Shown one piece after another: positions 49,690 to 61,349 of a stretch of DNA of 64,000 nucleotides. Under the pieces are notes generated by a model, which did not search any database, was not told where the DNA came from, and worked only from the letters and a program-made list of their open reading frames with translations. Every line of letters begins with the position of its first letter. The first letter of the stretch is position 1. The stretch is from Ginglymostoma cirratum (taxonomy: Eukaryota). The stretch is from contig JAHRHZ010000109.1 of assembly GCA_024137785.1 (NCBI GenBank), positions 787,659 to 851,658 of the forward strand, given 5' to 3'. A program made the translations under genes and the position numbers.

Positions 49690-50370
49690 ACATAAGTGCT
49701 CACTGCCAAACCTCACCTTTAATGCAATTATCTCTTATTCCATCAAAGCGCTACAGATTAAACACTCAGTTCCTTCGCTCTGTCCTCATAGTACCATCAT
49801 CTCAGGAATTAGACTGGCGATACCTGTTTGCACCTTGTCTGCGGCAAGGAGAGCTTTCCTGACAAAAGAGATAAAATCTGCACACAATGGCCCTAAATAC
49901 ACTCTCATCAAGGCTCTACAAGTGCAGAAATATGGTCTTATGTATGTACTTAAATCATCTTGCAATGAAGGACAACATACCATTTATTTCCGTCATTACT
50001 GATACCACTGTATGTACTAATTTTGGCGACCAATGATCAAGGGCATGCAGGTCCTTTTGGACAACAATACTTCCCAACCTCGCACAATTTAATCTTTACA
50101 AAATGAGATGTATGCTATTGCTGGCCACATCCAAATTGTAGAATGCCTTTCAAATTACCAAACACTGGTACATGTGATACCCCATAAGTAACAGCGTTCC
50201 GTCTGCAAAAGGGCTCGACTGTCTGTGTTGCCTCAACTGAACAATTTTCAATCCATGCAGTATGTTACCCCTTACCCCTGGACTCCAGCTTTACTCACTC
50301 ACCTGTGTGTAACCATATCAAAAGTGTTCTGTCAAGTCAAATACTCTACTCCCACTGGTTCTCATGTGTG
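49690..50370 (-). mobile_element. Decayed CR1 3' fragment
   Basis: Reverse similarity to the CR1 RT C-terminus (RALMRVYLGPLCADF corresponds to KTLVRPLLEYCVQL). Confidence 0.55.
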
Positions 50371-52067
50371 GATGCTTCAATTATTATATGCATACTAGTC
50401 TGTCGTACACGCACTGGATAAAGGAACGAAACAGACAGGAATTGCCAAAACAAATAGGAAAGTCCATCTACTTCTGTCAATAATCTATTTTTCTCTATTT
50501 TTACATCTCATTATCCATATTCTCTCTCTCTTTCTCTCTCTCATACATACATTACATATGTCGAGTTAATAAATACTCCAATCTTTCTCCATGTCTTATC
50601 TCTCAAACTTCCTTCTTTCAGATTAAATGTATTGCTCACATTTAGATGTGACACGATTATAATTGAGTAATGAAACTGCAAAGACATGAGGGAGGAACTG
50701 GCCAGAGTTAATAGGAATCGAATTTTAGTCTTGAAGATGGTGAAGCAGCAATGGAAGACATTTCTGGGGATAACTTGGACACACACCTGAAATTTGTGGA
50801 CTGAAATTTAATTAACGCAAACTCCACAGGTTTATTAAAGATGACTTTCCTTTCCTGAATCTAAGTTGATTCGGCCAAGTCATGTCACGATTCCCCAAGT
50901 GTTTAGTTTTCATAGTTCTCATAAAAGATTTCAATATTTTCCTTATAACAGACATCAAGTTGCCCAAAATTTAGTTTCATTTTGTTTTCCCTCCCACTCC
51001 AGTTTTTATTTGGGTTAAAGCAGCTACTTTCCATTGTGTAGGAGCCAGAAACTCGAGAATCTAAAGAATTTTGAATGGTAATCAATAATTCTTTCTTGTC
51101 CTTACAAGTTTTAAATGACATTTTGATAAGTACATGAACAGGAAACGGTTGGAGAGATATGAGCCAGGGCCAGGCAGCTGGGGCTAGGATAGTCTCGGAT
51201 TATGTTTGACATGGACTGGTTAGACTGAAGAGCTCTATTGCCACCTTCATGTATATTCTGGGACATACCAGAGCAACGTATCAAGCTTCAGTTGAATGAG
51301 CTTTGAGTAATTCCTCTTTATTAATTCTAATCTCCCACAGTTTCTCATTTTCTATGTCACTGTCCTGTAGAATTTCTGGAAGATTTTCTGTACCTTCTTC
51401 TGTGGAGACAGGGTAATGTATTCCACTCAGCAGTGAGTCAGTGGGGGCTCGGTGAAGAGAGATGGCCTCTGTCACCAAGTGGATACATCGCAGCACTGCA
51501 CTTAGGAGATGATGGACACGGAACCCACTCCGCCTCGGAGAGTTCGAGAATCTAAACAGTTCAATGAAACTGTCATTTGATGGCCATCGACGGGTTATGC
51601 TGAAACCAGTGACACAAAGCTGTGACCACCTCATTTTAGAATCAAACTGGCTTCACACTTTGCAACTGGCATTGGTCCAGGTAGAGACAACAATAAATTT
51701 GCAAGCAAAATTTTAGTAACTGCAAGTGTGGCCAGAAGATAACTGCAACTGGAAAGATGTAGATGATGGTTCATTCAGAAACAGCACTGAGGCAGAAATG
51801 AAAACTGGGAGTATTATTGGCGATAAAGGGAATATTGTTATATAAATCAGCTCAATACAAAATTGGCCAATGGTGGTTATGAACACTTTTATTCCTCCTC
51901 AGATGTTTGAAAGTGAAGGTGAAAAAAAGCCATGGAATAAGAATTGAGTTTGTAATTGAAAGTGAATACAATAGTTTCCATCTTTGCCAAATACAGAACT
52001 TAGAAATTGAGATGATGTTCACAAAGGCTTACAGAATTAATAAATGGACAGAGATAGAAATACTTAC

Positions 52068-52326
52068 CGGGAACACCAACAAAAGCGAGGATGGGATAGT
52101 AACCCGCCTGAATAACCATCAGTACAGCTTCTATCCGCCGTGTTAACGGTACCCAGTCGAAAGAAAGCAAGTAAAGGCCATAGGATAAATCCCTGTCCAT
52201 TGTTGGAACATTCCAATTTATTACTCTCAGATTGTGATACGTTGTTGTAACATTCCCGGCTATGGATCTGAGATTCTGATCCGTTATTGGAACATTCCAG
52301 TTCATTGTTCTCACATTCTGGTCCAT
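52068..52326 (-). CDS. First coding exon of a GPR139/142-like GPCR (N-terminal repeats plus start of TM1), intact
   Basis: MDQNVRTMNWNVPI...VIQAGYYPILAFVGVP-G|GTAAGT: consensus donor at 52067-52062; 259 nt gives phase 1, matching both second-exon acceptors; an in-frame TGA lies just upstream of the ATG. Confidence 0.85.
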
Positions 52327-52365
52327 AATTAGAACATCCCTATCTGCTGTTCACAGATTCTGATC
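52195..52365 (-). repeat. Coding 21/42-bp tandem repeat (about 8 heptad units)
   Basis: Alternating units like GAT CAG AAT CTG AGA ACA ATG / AAC TGG AAT GTT CCA ACA ATG; about 4 units in the 29385-29471 copy. Confidence 0.85.
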
Positions 52366-52369
52366 TCTC

Positions 52370-52615
52370 CCTCTCTCTGGAGCTGTTGATCCCAATTGTG
52401 TTGAGGATGACACAGCCACTGATACTATCGGGTAACGTATTGGAAGAAACCCCTTATTAATAGAAGAGGGAAATCCTCCAGTGACACAGTTCGTATCCAT
52501 GGTGACTGACATTAATTCGAGTCACAGAACAAACAGCTACAGTTAACCCCTTTCACTCCGACACTTTTCATGTAACAACAATACCTGATCTGGGTGGGAT
52601 GCTGACATTGCCTGC
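52370..52615 (-). promoter_or_regulatory. Proximal promoter/5' UTR of the intact first exon
   Basis: Colinear similarity to 29472-29735. Contains a TATA-like TATTAATAA (-, about 52454-52462), GGGAAATCCT (52468-52477), X-box-like GTATCCATGGTGAC (52493-52506) and GTTAACCCCT (52542-52551). Confidence 0.6.
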
Positions 52616-53589
52616 TATTGGTCTTAGTGCCCATCACCAGTTACTCTAATAATGATAGAGACAGAGGAGAAAGGTGATGCTTTCTCTTCACAGGCTCGAT
52701 GATTCTCCTGTGTCATCCGCATGCGATGCCACATGTAACCGTTTTCCGAAGAGCCAATCAAGAGTTTGTTACTGCGCTGAAGTCTCCTCCACCACAACAA
52801 CTGCCAATCTACAAATTGTCTCTGTCCACATCTGCCCGGAAGAAAGACAGGAAATGTGGATTTCGCTGAAATTTCTTCTCACTGCCCTAATAAGGCAACA
52901 ACATTTTATCTTTCACACAATACTTTCAATAATTTGCACTCAATAGACAGAACCCATCTCTCCCATTCACACCTTTATTTACTCCCATTGTACATCTGCT
53001 TCTCTTTCACCACAATTAAAAGACTATTTGTATTTTGCACTGAGCACCCACACCCTCTGTTTTCTGTCACCCCTCCTCCACCTCTGTCAATGTGTTAAAA
53101 AGATCATTTTCCAATCCTTTTCAATTCTGAAGAAGGGTCCCTCTGAACTTGAAACATTAACTCTGTTTCTCTGTCTCTACAGATTCTCTAGACCTGCTGA
53201 GTTTCTCCAGAAATGAATCTGCACTAACTGAATTTTCAACAAATCAAAGAACCAGTGGATGCTGGAAACATGAAACAAGAAGAAAAATTGCTGGAGAAAC
53301 TGGGAGCTTTGAAAAGGCATCACTGGATCCAACAGCTTAACTTTGCTTTCACTCTCCAGATGTTGCCAGACCTGCTTAGTTTCTTCGGCAATTTGTGTTT
53401 TCGAATAAATTACAAAAACGTGTGTCAAAGTTGCTCAAACGCCCTATCCAACATGGATCACCAAACACTGAGAAATGAATGACAGTGCAAGGTGCACAAA
53501 TACATTGGTTCTAAACGACATAACGCTAGCATCATTGACACTACAGAGCTCTTCATCATGGTCAGGGAGAGAAGCATTCACTTTAAAAA

Positions 53590-53905
53590 CCTTTCTGCAG
53601 TTTGGAAACAAGTCCTCCAGGCTAAGAAGTCCACACCGACCCTCAGAGAATTCCATGCAGACCAATCCCCCGATTACCCACCTAATCTACACATTCCTCA
53701 ACACGATGGGCAAATTATCATGGCCAATTCACCTAGCCCGCTCCTCTTTGGTCTGTGGGAGGAAAACGGACCACCTGGAGGAAACCCACGCAGACACGGG
53801 AAGAATATGCAAACTCCATACAGACAGTTGCCCAAGGGTGGAATCAAACCTGCATCCCAGGTGCTGTGAAGCAGCAGGACTAACCACTGAGCCACCGTGC
53901 AGCCC
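53590..53905 (-). mobile_element. HE1-type V-SINE, near full length
   Basis: Minus strand: gcacggtggctcagtggttag..cacagc..ggtttgattcc (A/B boxes), V-domain tggagtttgcatattcttcccgtgtctgcgtgggtttcctcc, and a CR1-like tail. Confidence 0.88.
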
Positions 53906-54218
53906 AAAGATGTGCCTACTGGAAGGGAAAAGGTTCAGATGAATATGTTAAAAGGTTTTGAAGAATGTGTCAAATTGAAGGCACGACACCATGGAAAGAC
54001 CGTCAGAAGAATGAGAATACTAAAATGGAAGTGTTACCACTTCAGAAAACAGAGAAGGTCACTGCGTACAAGGGCGATGGGGGCTCGGTCTGAACTGGGG
54101 GACATTACATTGCACTTATTGCAGCTCAAAACTGAGCATTCATGCAGTGATGTAAACCACAGCAGCCGCAGCAGAAGCAGAATTGGATTCCACCAGAATC
54201 CGTGACTTTTTGTCCCGG

Positions 54219-54414
54219 ATAAAGGTCTTACCTCGCGTGACTGCGGCCTTTCAGTCGTTTCAGCGGCGGGAGTCCAGAAGGAGGCACGAGGGCAGCCTGG
54301 GAAGGTAAGCTTCAGAAGTATAAAGGTCTTGCCTCGCGTGACAGCGTCCTTTCAGTCGTTTCAGCGGCGGGAGTCCGGAAGGAGGCGCGAGGGGAGCCTG
54401 GGAAAGTAAGCTTC
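54219..54414 (+). repeat. Two tandem 101-bp CpG-rich monomers in the CR1 5' UTR
   Basis: ataaaggtctt.cctcgcgtgac.gcg.cctttcagtcgtttcagcggcgggagtcc.. starting at 54219 and 54320. Confidence 0.9.
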
Positions 54415-57400
54415 TCCTTTAAAAACTTACCTCGTGAATAGGCGGAGTACGCTTCGAGCAGGAGCAGACACGGGACGGTTGAGTAAGTGGGGTAATATAT
54501 TTGGGCGGTTGCTTTACCCGAAACACTACTAAAGTAGTGTCGCCCACCCATCCTCCTCCTCCAACCAAACAGGTTCTGAGCGCCGATTTGGTAAGTTACT
54601 GGTGTTTTTTTTTTCCAATAGTCTATTTTTTAGAATTCAGAACAATGGCAATGGATGCAAGGACTGTTGCATGCTCCTCCTGTCGAATGTGGGAGGTAAG
54701 GGTCACCACTAGTGTCCCTGCTGACTTCATCTGCGGGAAGTGCACCCAACTCCAGCTCCTTGGAAACTGCGTTAGCGAACTGGAGCTGGATGAACTTCGG
54801 GTCATTCGGGAGGCTGAGGGGGTGATTGAGAGGAGTTACAGGGAGGTAGTCACACCACAGGTACAGGAAAAATGTAGATGGGTTACAGTCAGGGGACGGA
54901 AAGGGATCAGGAAGACAGTGCGGGGATCCCCTGCGGCCGCTCGCATCAATAACAGGTATACCGTTTTGGATTCTGTTGAGGGGGACGACTTACCAGGGGT
55001 AAGCCATGGGGTACAGGTCTCTGGCGTAGAGTCTGTCCCTGTTGCTCAAAAGGGAAGGGGGAAGAGGAAGAGAGCACTAGTCATTGGGACTCCATAGTTA
55101 GGGGAACAGATAGGAGATTCTGCAGGAACGAGAGAGACTCACGGTTGGTGTGTTGCCTCCCAGGTGCCAGGGTCCGTGATGTCTCGGATCGTGTCTTTGG
55201 GGTCCTGAAGGGAGAGGGTGACCAGCCCCAAGTCGTGGTCCACATAGGTACCAATGACATCGGTAGAAAGAGGGATAAGGATATAAGGCAGGATTTTAGG
55301 GAGCTAGGGTGGAAGCTGAGAGCGAGAACAAACACAGTTGTTGTCTTTGGTTTGTTACCCGTGCCACGTGATAGCGAGGCCACGAACAGGGAGAGATATC
55401 AGCTGAACATGTGGCTGCAGGGATGGTGCAGGAGCAAGGGTTTCAGGTATATGGATAACTGGGGCTCATTCTGGGGAAGGTGGGACCTCTACAAACAGGA
55501 CTGTCTTCACTTGAGCCAGAGGGGTACTAATATCTTGGGTGGGAAATTTGCTAGTGCTATTCGGGTGGATATAATATAGCTCAGCAAGGGCATGGGAACC
55601 TGTGGTGTAGTTCCAGTATACAGGAGGATGAGAGTAGGGAGGACATGGACAGGATTTCACCGTTACAGGAGTGTGCTGGCAGACAGCAAGCTGGTTTGAA
55701 GTGTGTCTACTTCAATGCCAGGAGTATCCGGAATAAGGTAGGTGAGATTGCAGCATGGATTGGTATCTGGGACTTCGATGTTGTGGCCATTTCGGAGACG
55801 TGGATAGAGCAGGGTCATTAATGGATGTTGCAAGTTCCAGGGTTTAGATCTTTCATAAAGATCAGGGAAGGTGGTAAAAGAGGGGGAGGTGTGGCTTTGT
55901 TCGTCAAGGACAGTATAACGGTGGCTGAAAGAACGTTTGACGAGGACTCATCGACTGAGGTGGTATGGGCTGAGGTCAGAAACAGGAGAGTAGAAGTCAC
56001 ACTGCTGGGAGTTTTCTGCAGGCCTCCGCAATGTTCCAGGGATGTGGAGGAGAGGATCGGCAAAAAGATTCTGGGCAGGAGTGAAAGGAACAGGGTGGTC
56101 ATTATGGGAGACTTTAACTTCCCCAACATTGACTGGAAATGTTATAACTCCAGTACGTCGGATGGATCAATTTTTGTTCAATGTGTGCAGGAGGGTTTCC
56201 TGACACAGTATGTCGAAGGGCCGACAAGAGGGGAGGCCACACTGGATCTGGTACTTGGTAATGAACCAGGCCAGGTGTTTGATTTAGTGGTAGGTGAGCA
56301 CTTTGGAGAGACTGACCATAATTCGGTTAAGTTTAGTTTAGCGATGGTAAGGGATAGGAACATGCCACATAGCAAGAGTTATAGATGGGGGAAGGGCAAT
56401 TATAATGCGATTAGGCAAGACTTAGGAGGGATAGAATAGGGTTGCAAAATGCAGGGAATGGTGGCAATGGAGTTGTGGAGCTGGTTTAAGGAACAGATAT
56501 TGCGTGTCCTTGATAGGTATGTCCCTGTCAGGCAGGGAGGAGGTGATAAGGTAAGGGAACCTTGGTTTACAAAAGAAATTGTATCTCTTGTTAAGCAGAA
56601 GAGGGAGGCTTATCTGACATTGAGACGAGATGGTTCAGATGAGGCGATGGAGAGTTACAGATTAGCTAGGAAGGGTTTAAAGAGAGAGTTAAGAAGAGCA
56701 AGGAGGGTACATGAACAGTCACTAGCAGGTAGAATTTAGGAGAACCCTAAAGTTTTCTATAGGTATGTGGGGAATAAAAGGATGACCAGGGTAAGAATAG
56801 GGCAAGTCAAAGACAGAAGGGGAAAGTTGTGTGTGGCCCCTGTGGAGATCGGAGAGGTGCTAAACAAATATTTCTCATCTGTTTTCACTCAGGAAAAGGA
56901 GAATATTGCAGAGGAGAAGACTGAGTTACGCACTATTAGACTTGAAAGGATTGAGGTGAGTAAGGAGGAGGTGTTATCAATCCTCGAATGTGTGAAGATA
57001 GATAAATCCCCTGGGCCGGATGGGATATTTCCGAGGATTCTCTGGGAAGCGAGGGAGGAGATGGCGGAGCCTTTGGCTTTGATCTTTGTGTCGTCATTGG
57101 GTACAGGTTTAGTACCAGAGGACTGGAGGATTGCAAATGTTGTGCCCTTGTTCAAGAAGGGCAGTAGAGATGACCCAGGTAAGTATAAACAAGTGAACCT
57201 TACATCTGTTGTCGGAAAGTTTTGGAAAGGATTATAAGAGATAAGATTTATAATCATCTAGCAAGCAACAATTTGATTGGAGATAGTCAACATTGATTCG
57301 TCAAATGCAGGTCGTGCCTCAAAAACCTCATCGAATTTTTTGAGAAGTTGACCAAGCATGTGGATGAGGGTATGGCAGTTGACGTGGTGTAATGGACTTC

Positions 57401-58563
57401 AGTAAAGCCTTTGATAAGGTTCCACATGGTAGGCTATTGGAGAAAATGCGGAGACATGGGATTGAGGGAGATTTTGGCAGTTTGGATGAGAAACTGGCTC
57501 TCTGAAAGAAGGCAACTAGTGGTGGTTGATGGAAAATATTCAGCCTGGAGTCCGGTTACTAGTGGTGTGCAACAAGGATCTGATTTGGGACCACTGCTGT
57601 TTGCCATTTTTATAAATGACTTGGACGCAGACATAGGTGGATGGGTTAGTAAGTTTGCAAATGACACTAAAGTCGGTGGACTGGTGGACTGTGTGGAATA
57701 ATGTTGCAGGTTACAGTGAGACTTGGATAAACTGCAGAATTAGGCTGAAAGGTGGCAAATGGAGTTCAATGCAGATAAATGTGAGGTGATGCATTTTGGG
57801 AAGAATAATAGGAAGGCAGAATACTGGGTCAATGGAAAGATTCTTGGTAGTGTGGATGTGCAGAGGGATCTTGTTGTCCAGGTACATTCATCCCTGAAAG
57901 TTGCCACCCAGGTTGATAGTGCTGTTAAGAAGGCGTACGGTGTGTTAGGTTTCATTGGTAGAGGGATTGAGTTCCGGAGCCGTGATGTCATGCTGCAACT
58001 GTACAAAACGCTAGTGCGGCCTCTCTTGGAATATTGCGTACAGTTGTGGTCGCCCCATTACAGGAAGGATGTGAAAGCATTGGAAATGGTGCAGAGGAGA
58101 TTTACCAGGATGTTGCCTGGTCTGGAGCGAAGGTCTTAAGAGGAATGGCTGAGGGACTTGGGTCTGTTCTCATTGGAGAGAAGAAGGCTAAGAGGGTATT
58201 TAATAGAGACATACAAAACGATCAGAGAATTAGATAGGGTGGACAGTGAGAGTCTTTTTCCTAGGATGATGACGTCGGCTAGTACGAGGGGGCGTGGCTG
58301 CAAATTGAGGGGTGATAGATTTAAGACAGATGTCAGAGGCAGGTTCTTTACTCAGAGAGTGGTAAGGGCGTGGAATGCCCTGCCTGCCAATGTAGTTAAC
58401 CCAGCCACATTAGGGGCATTTAAACAGTCCTTGGATAAGCATATCGATGATGATGGGATCGTGTAGGGGGTGGGCTAGGAGTAGTTCACAAGTCGGCGCA
58501 ACATCGAGGGCCGAAGGGCCTGCTCTGCGCTGTATTGTTCTATGTTCTATGTTCTATGTTCTA
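54219..58563 (+). mobile_element. Near full-length CR1 LINE (ORF1 zinc finger/leucine zipper plus SGNH esterase; ORF2 APE plus RT), disrupted
   Basis: ORF1 from ATG 54645 (CSSC..CGKC, ALVIG[DS], VHIGTND, DCLHL) with a frameshift near 55089. ORF2 about 55690-58466 (YFNARS, MGDFNFP, KSPGPDG, SGVQQGS, KFANDTK) with several stops and frameshifts. (GTTCTAT)n tail. Confidence 0.95.
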
Positions 58564-58796
58564 CAATCCCTCACTCTATGATTGCCATGAAGCTGATCAA
58601 TGGTTCAGTGACGAGTGCAGGCAAACATGCCAGGGTCAGAACCATGTGTACCTAAAACTGATGGCAACCCGTTGTAGCTACCTCATTCGACTGCTTGCAT
58701 TACAAACAGCAGAACTAACTCATTACAGTCAGGGCGAAATGATTGAAAGATTAACAGACCAACTATCCTGCTCCAACCAGTCATGAATGGTGATGG

Positions 58797-60322
58797 GAGC
58801 AGTAGGAACTGATCATGCCAGAGTCTAAGATAACAAGGTGTGGACTTGGATGAACACAGCAGGCTCGGCAGCATCAGAGGAGCAGGATAGCTGATATTTC
58901 AGGTCTGGTCCCTTCTTCATAAAATGGGGAGGGGAAGAGAGCTCTGAAATAAATAGAGAGAGGGGGAGGTGGTGATAGAAGGTAGATAGTGGAGCAGATA
59001 TGTGGAGAGAGGACGGACAGGTCAAGGAAGCGGGGATGAAGCCAGTAAGGGTGAGTGTTGGGAGGGAGATGTGACGAGGATTGGTCAGTGAGGAGGGAGG
59101 GCCGGGTAGGTGGGAGGAAACACGGGCAGGTTGAGGATGTGGGGATGATGCTAGTAGAGGTGAGGTGAGTGTCAGTAGGAAGTTCGGGTGGGGGTTGGTC
59201 AGTGAGGTGGGAGCATAGGTGCTCCACAAAGCAGTCTCCAAGCAACCTTTTGGTTTTCCCGATGTAGAGGAGGCCACATTGGGAACAGCGGATACAATGG
59301 ACCACATTATCGGATGTACAGGTGAATATCTGTTGAATGTGGAAGGCTTTCCTGGGGCCTGGGATGGAGCTGATGGGGAAGGTGTAAGGGCAGGTGTTGC
59401 ACTTCCTGCGCTTGCAGGGAAAGGTGCCGGGGTGATGGGGCTAGTGGGGATTGTGGACAGAACGAGTGAATTGTGAAGAGCGCAGTCCCTTCAGAAGGCA
59501 GATAAGGACGGGGAGGAAAGTATATCCTTGGTCGTGGGGTCAGATTGCAGATGGCGGAAGTGGCGGAGAATGATGCATTGGATCCGGAGATTGATGGGGT
59601 GATACATGAGGACAAGGGGAATTCTGTCTTTGTTTTTATTGCAGGGAGGGTGTGTGACGGCTGAGGTGGGGGAAACGCAAGAGATGCGGTCGAGGTCATT
59701 TTCGGCCACTGTGGAGGTAAAATTGCACTCCTTGAAAAACGAAGACATCTGGGATGTCCGGGAGTGGAACACGCCATCATGGGAGCAGATGCGGCGGAGG
59801 CGAAGGAATTGGGAATAGGGGATAGCATTCTTGCAGGAAGGCTAATGAGAGGAGGTGTATTTTCGGCAGCTGTGGGAGTTGGTGGGCTTGAAATAGATAT
59901 CAGTTTCCAGGTGGTCCCCAGAGATGGAGACAGAGAGGTCCAGGAAGGAGAGAGATGTATCAGAGATGGTCCAGGTGAATTTAAGATTGAAGTGGAAGGT
60001 GTTAGTAAAGTGGATGAACTGTTCAATCTCCTTGTGGGAGCACCAGGCGGCGCCGATGCAGTCATCAATATAATGGAGGAAGATGTGGGGTTTAGGCCAG
60101 TGTAGCGACGGAAGACGGACTGTTCCATGTATCCTACAAAGAGGCAGTCATAGCTTGGGCCCATGTGGGTACCAATGGCCACCCCCTTTGTCTGTAGGAA
60201 GTGGGAGGAGTCGAAGGAAAAGTTGTTCAGGATGAGGACGAGTTTGGTTACGTGGATAAGAGTGTCCGTGGACAGGGACTGGTCGGGCCTGCGGGACAGG
60301 ATGAAGCGGAAGGCTTTTCGGC
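58797..60322 (-). mobile_element. 5'-truncated Neptune-type Penelope-like element
   Basis: FLQTKGVAIGTHMGPSY (RT), HCIRCSQCGLLYIGKTKR (GIY-YIG), and a 3' tail matching the 43-46 kb element. Confidence 0.9.
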
Positions 60323-61349
60323 CATCTGCACGGTTAGTTAAACAACTCCCTGGAGGAGAGAGTTCCAGAAATATCCCTATCCTAAATAAAGGAACAGCCC
60401 TGCACATCGGTGCAACATCAGGGATGTAGTATCTGCACCATCCTCAGCCAGAAGTATCGAGTTGATGATTCACCTCACCGTCATCATGACGTCCACAGAA
60501 TCACAGATGCGAGTCTTCAACCTATTAAATTAGCTGCACATGATACCAAGAAAATGATGACGATAAAGTGAAAATACGAAAAAGACAAGTGGCCATGATG
60601 CCATTCCTACAATAAGATTGAAGACTTATGCTGCACAACAAGCCGTGCCTCTGGGGGAAGCTGTTTCATTCCAGCTCCAGCTCTGACATCGAGATAACAA
60701 GGCGTGGGGCTGGATGAACACAGCAGGCCAAGCTGTGACCCCAACTCTGACATCGACCTGGCAATGTGGAAAATTTATCAGCTATATCCAGTTTCCTAAG
60801 AGGAGCATAATTACAATCTGACCAATTGTTATGCTCTTAGTCTCAGTACAATTGTCGAATTGTTGGAAGTTGCCTTTGACAGAGTTCCCCATGTGCTGTT
60901 GTGGAAATATCATTGGATTTCTAATCCAGACTAGGCTAATGCTTTGGCAGCTGGAGGATATTAAAAACAACTAATAAAATATCGAAGTCACAAATCTGGT
61001 GTCAGTAAAAGTGACCTTGAAGCCAATATCAATTGTAAACATCAATTTGGTTCACCAACATACTTTCAGGATGCAAATCTACAGTGCTGTCCTAATCTGG
61101 CCGTAAAGCGTCTCCAGACACACAGACGTGTGATGAACACTTCAATGTTCTCTGGAACAGCCAAGCAAGACACTCAATTGTATCAAACCGCTCTGACATC
61201 TTAAAGGATAAAATCCTATGGAACACACAGCCTTGGTATCATAAAAGGGAAAAAGAAACACTTGTGTGGAACCTATAGAGTCTTCCTTCCTGATATCTGA
61301 GAGCTTATGAGAATATTTAAAGAGCTTTCCCACAGACGGTACAGAGACA

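Larger units (their letters stand above)
54110..61000 (+). mobile_element. Older LINE remnant split into three pieces (54110-54218, 58564-58796, 60323-about 61000) by the CR1 and Penelope insertions
   Basis: The pieces rejoin into a LINE ORF2-like linker (..WFSDECRQTCQ.. / ..LVKQLPGGESSRNIPILNKGTALHIGA..). Confidence 0.5.

Noticed and set aside
54195-58578. aatccgtgact / aatccctcact as a TSD of the CR1
   Set aside because: Mismatched and not abutting the 5' end; better explained as consecutive host-LINE sequence.
61005-61185. SINE-like segment (tggttcacca..gaaatct..tctggcc..ctccagac) assigned to a named family
   Set aside because: It looks like an old interspersed repeat but is too decayed to name without a library search.
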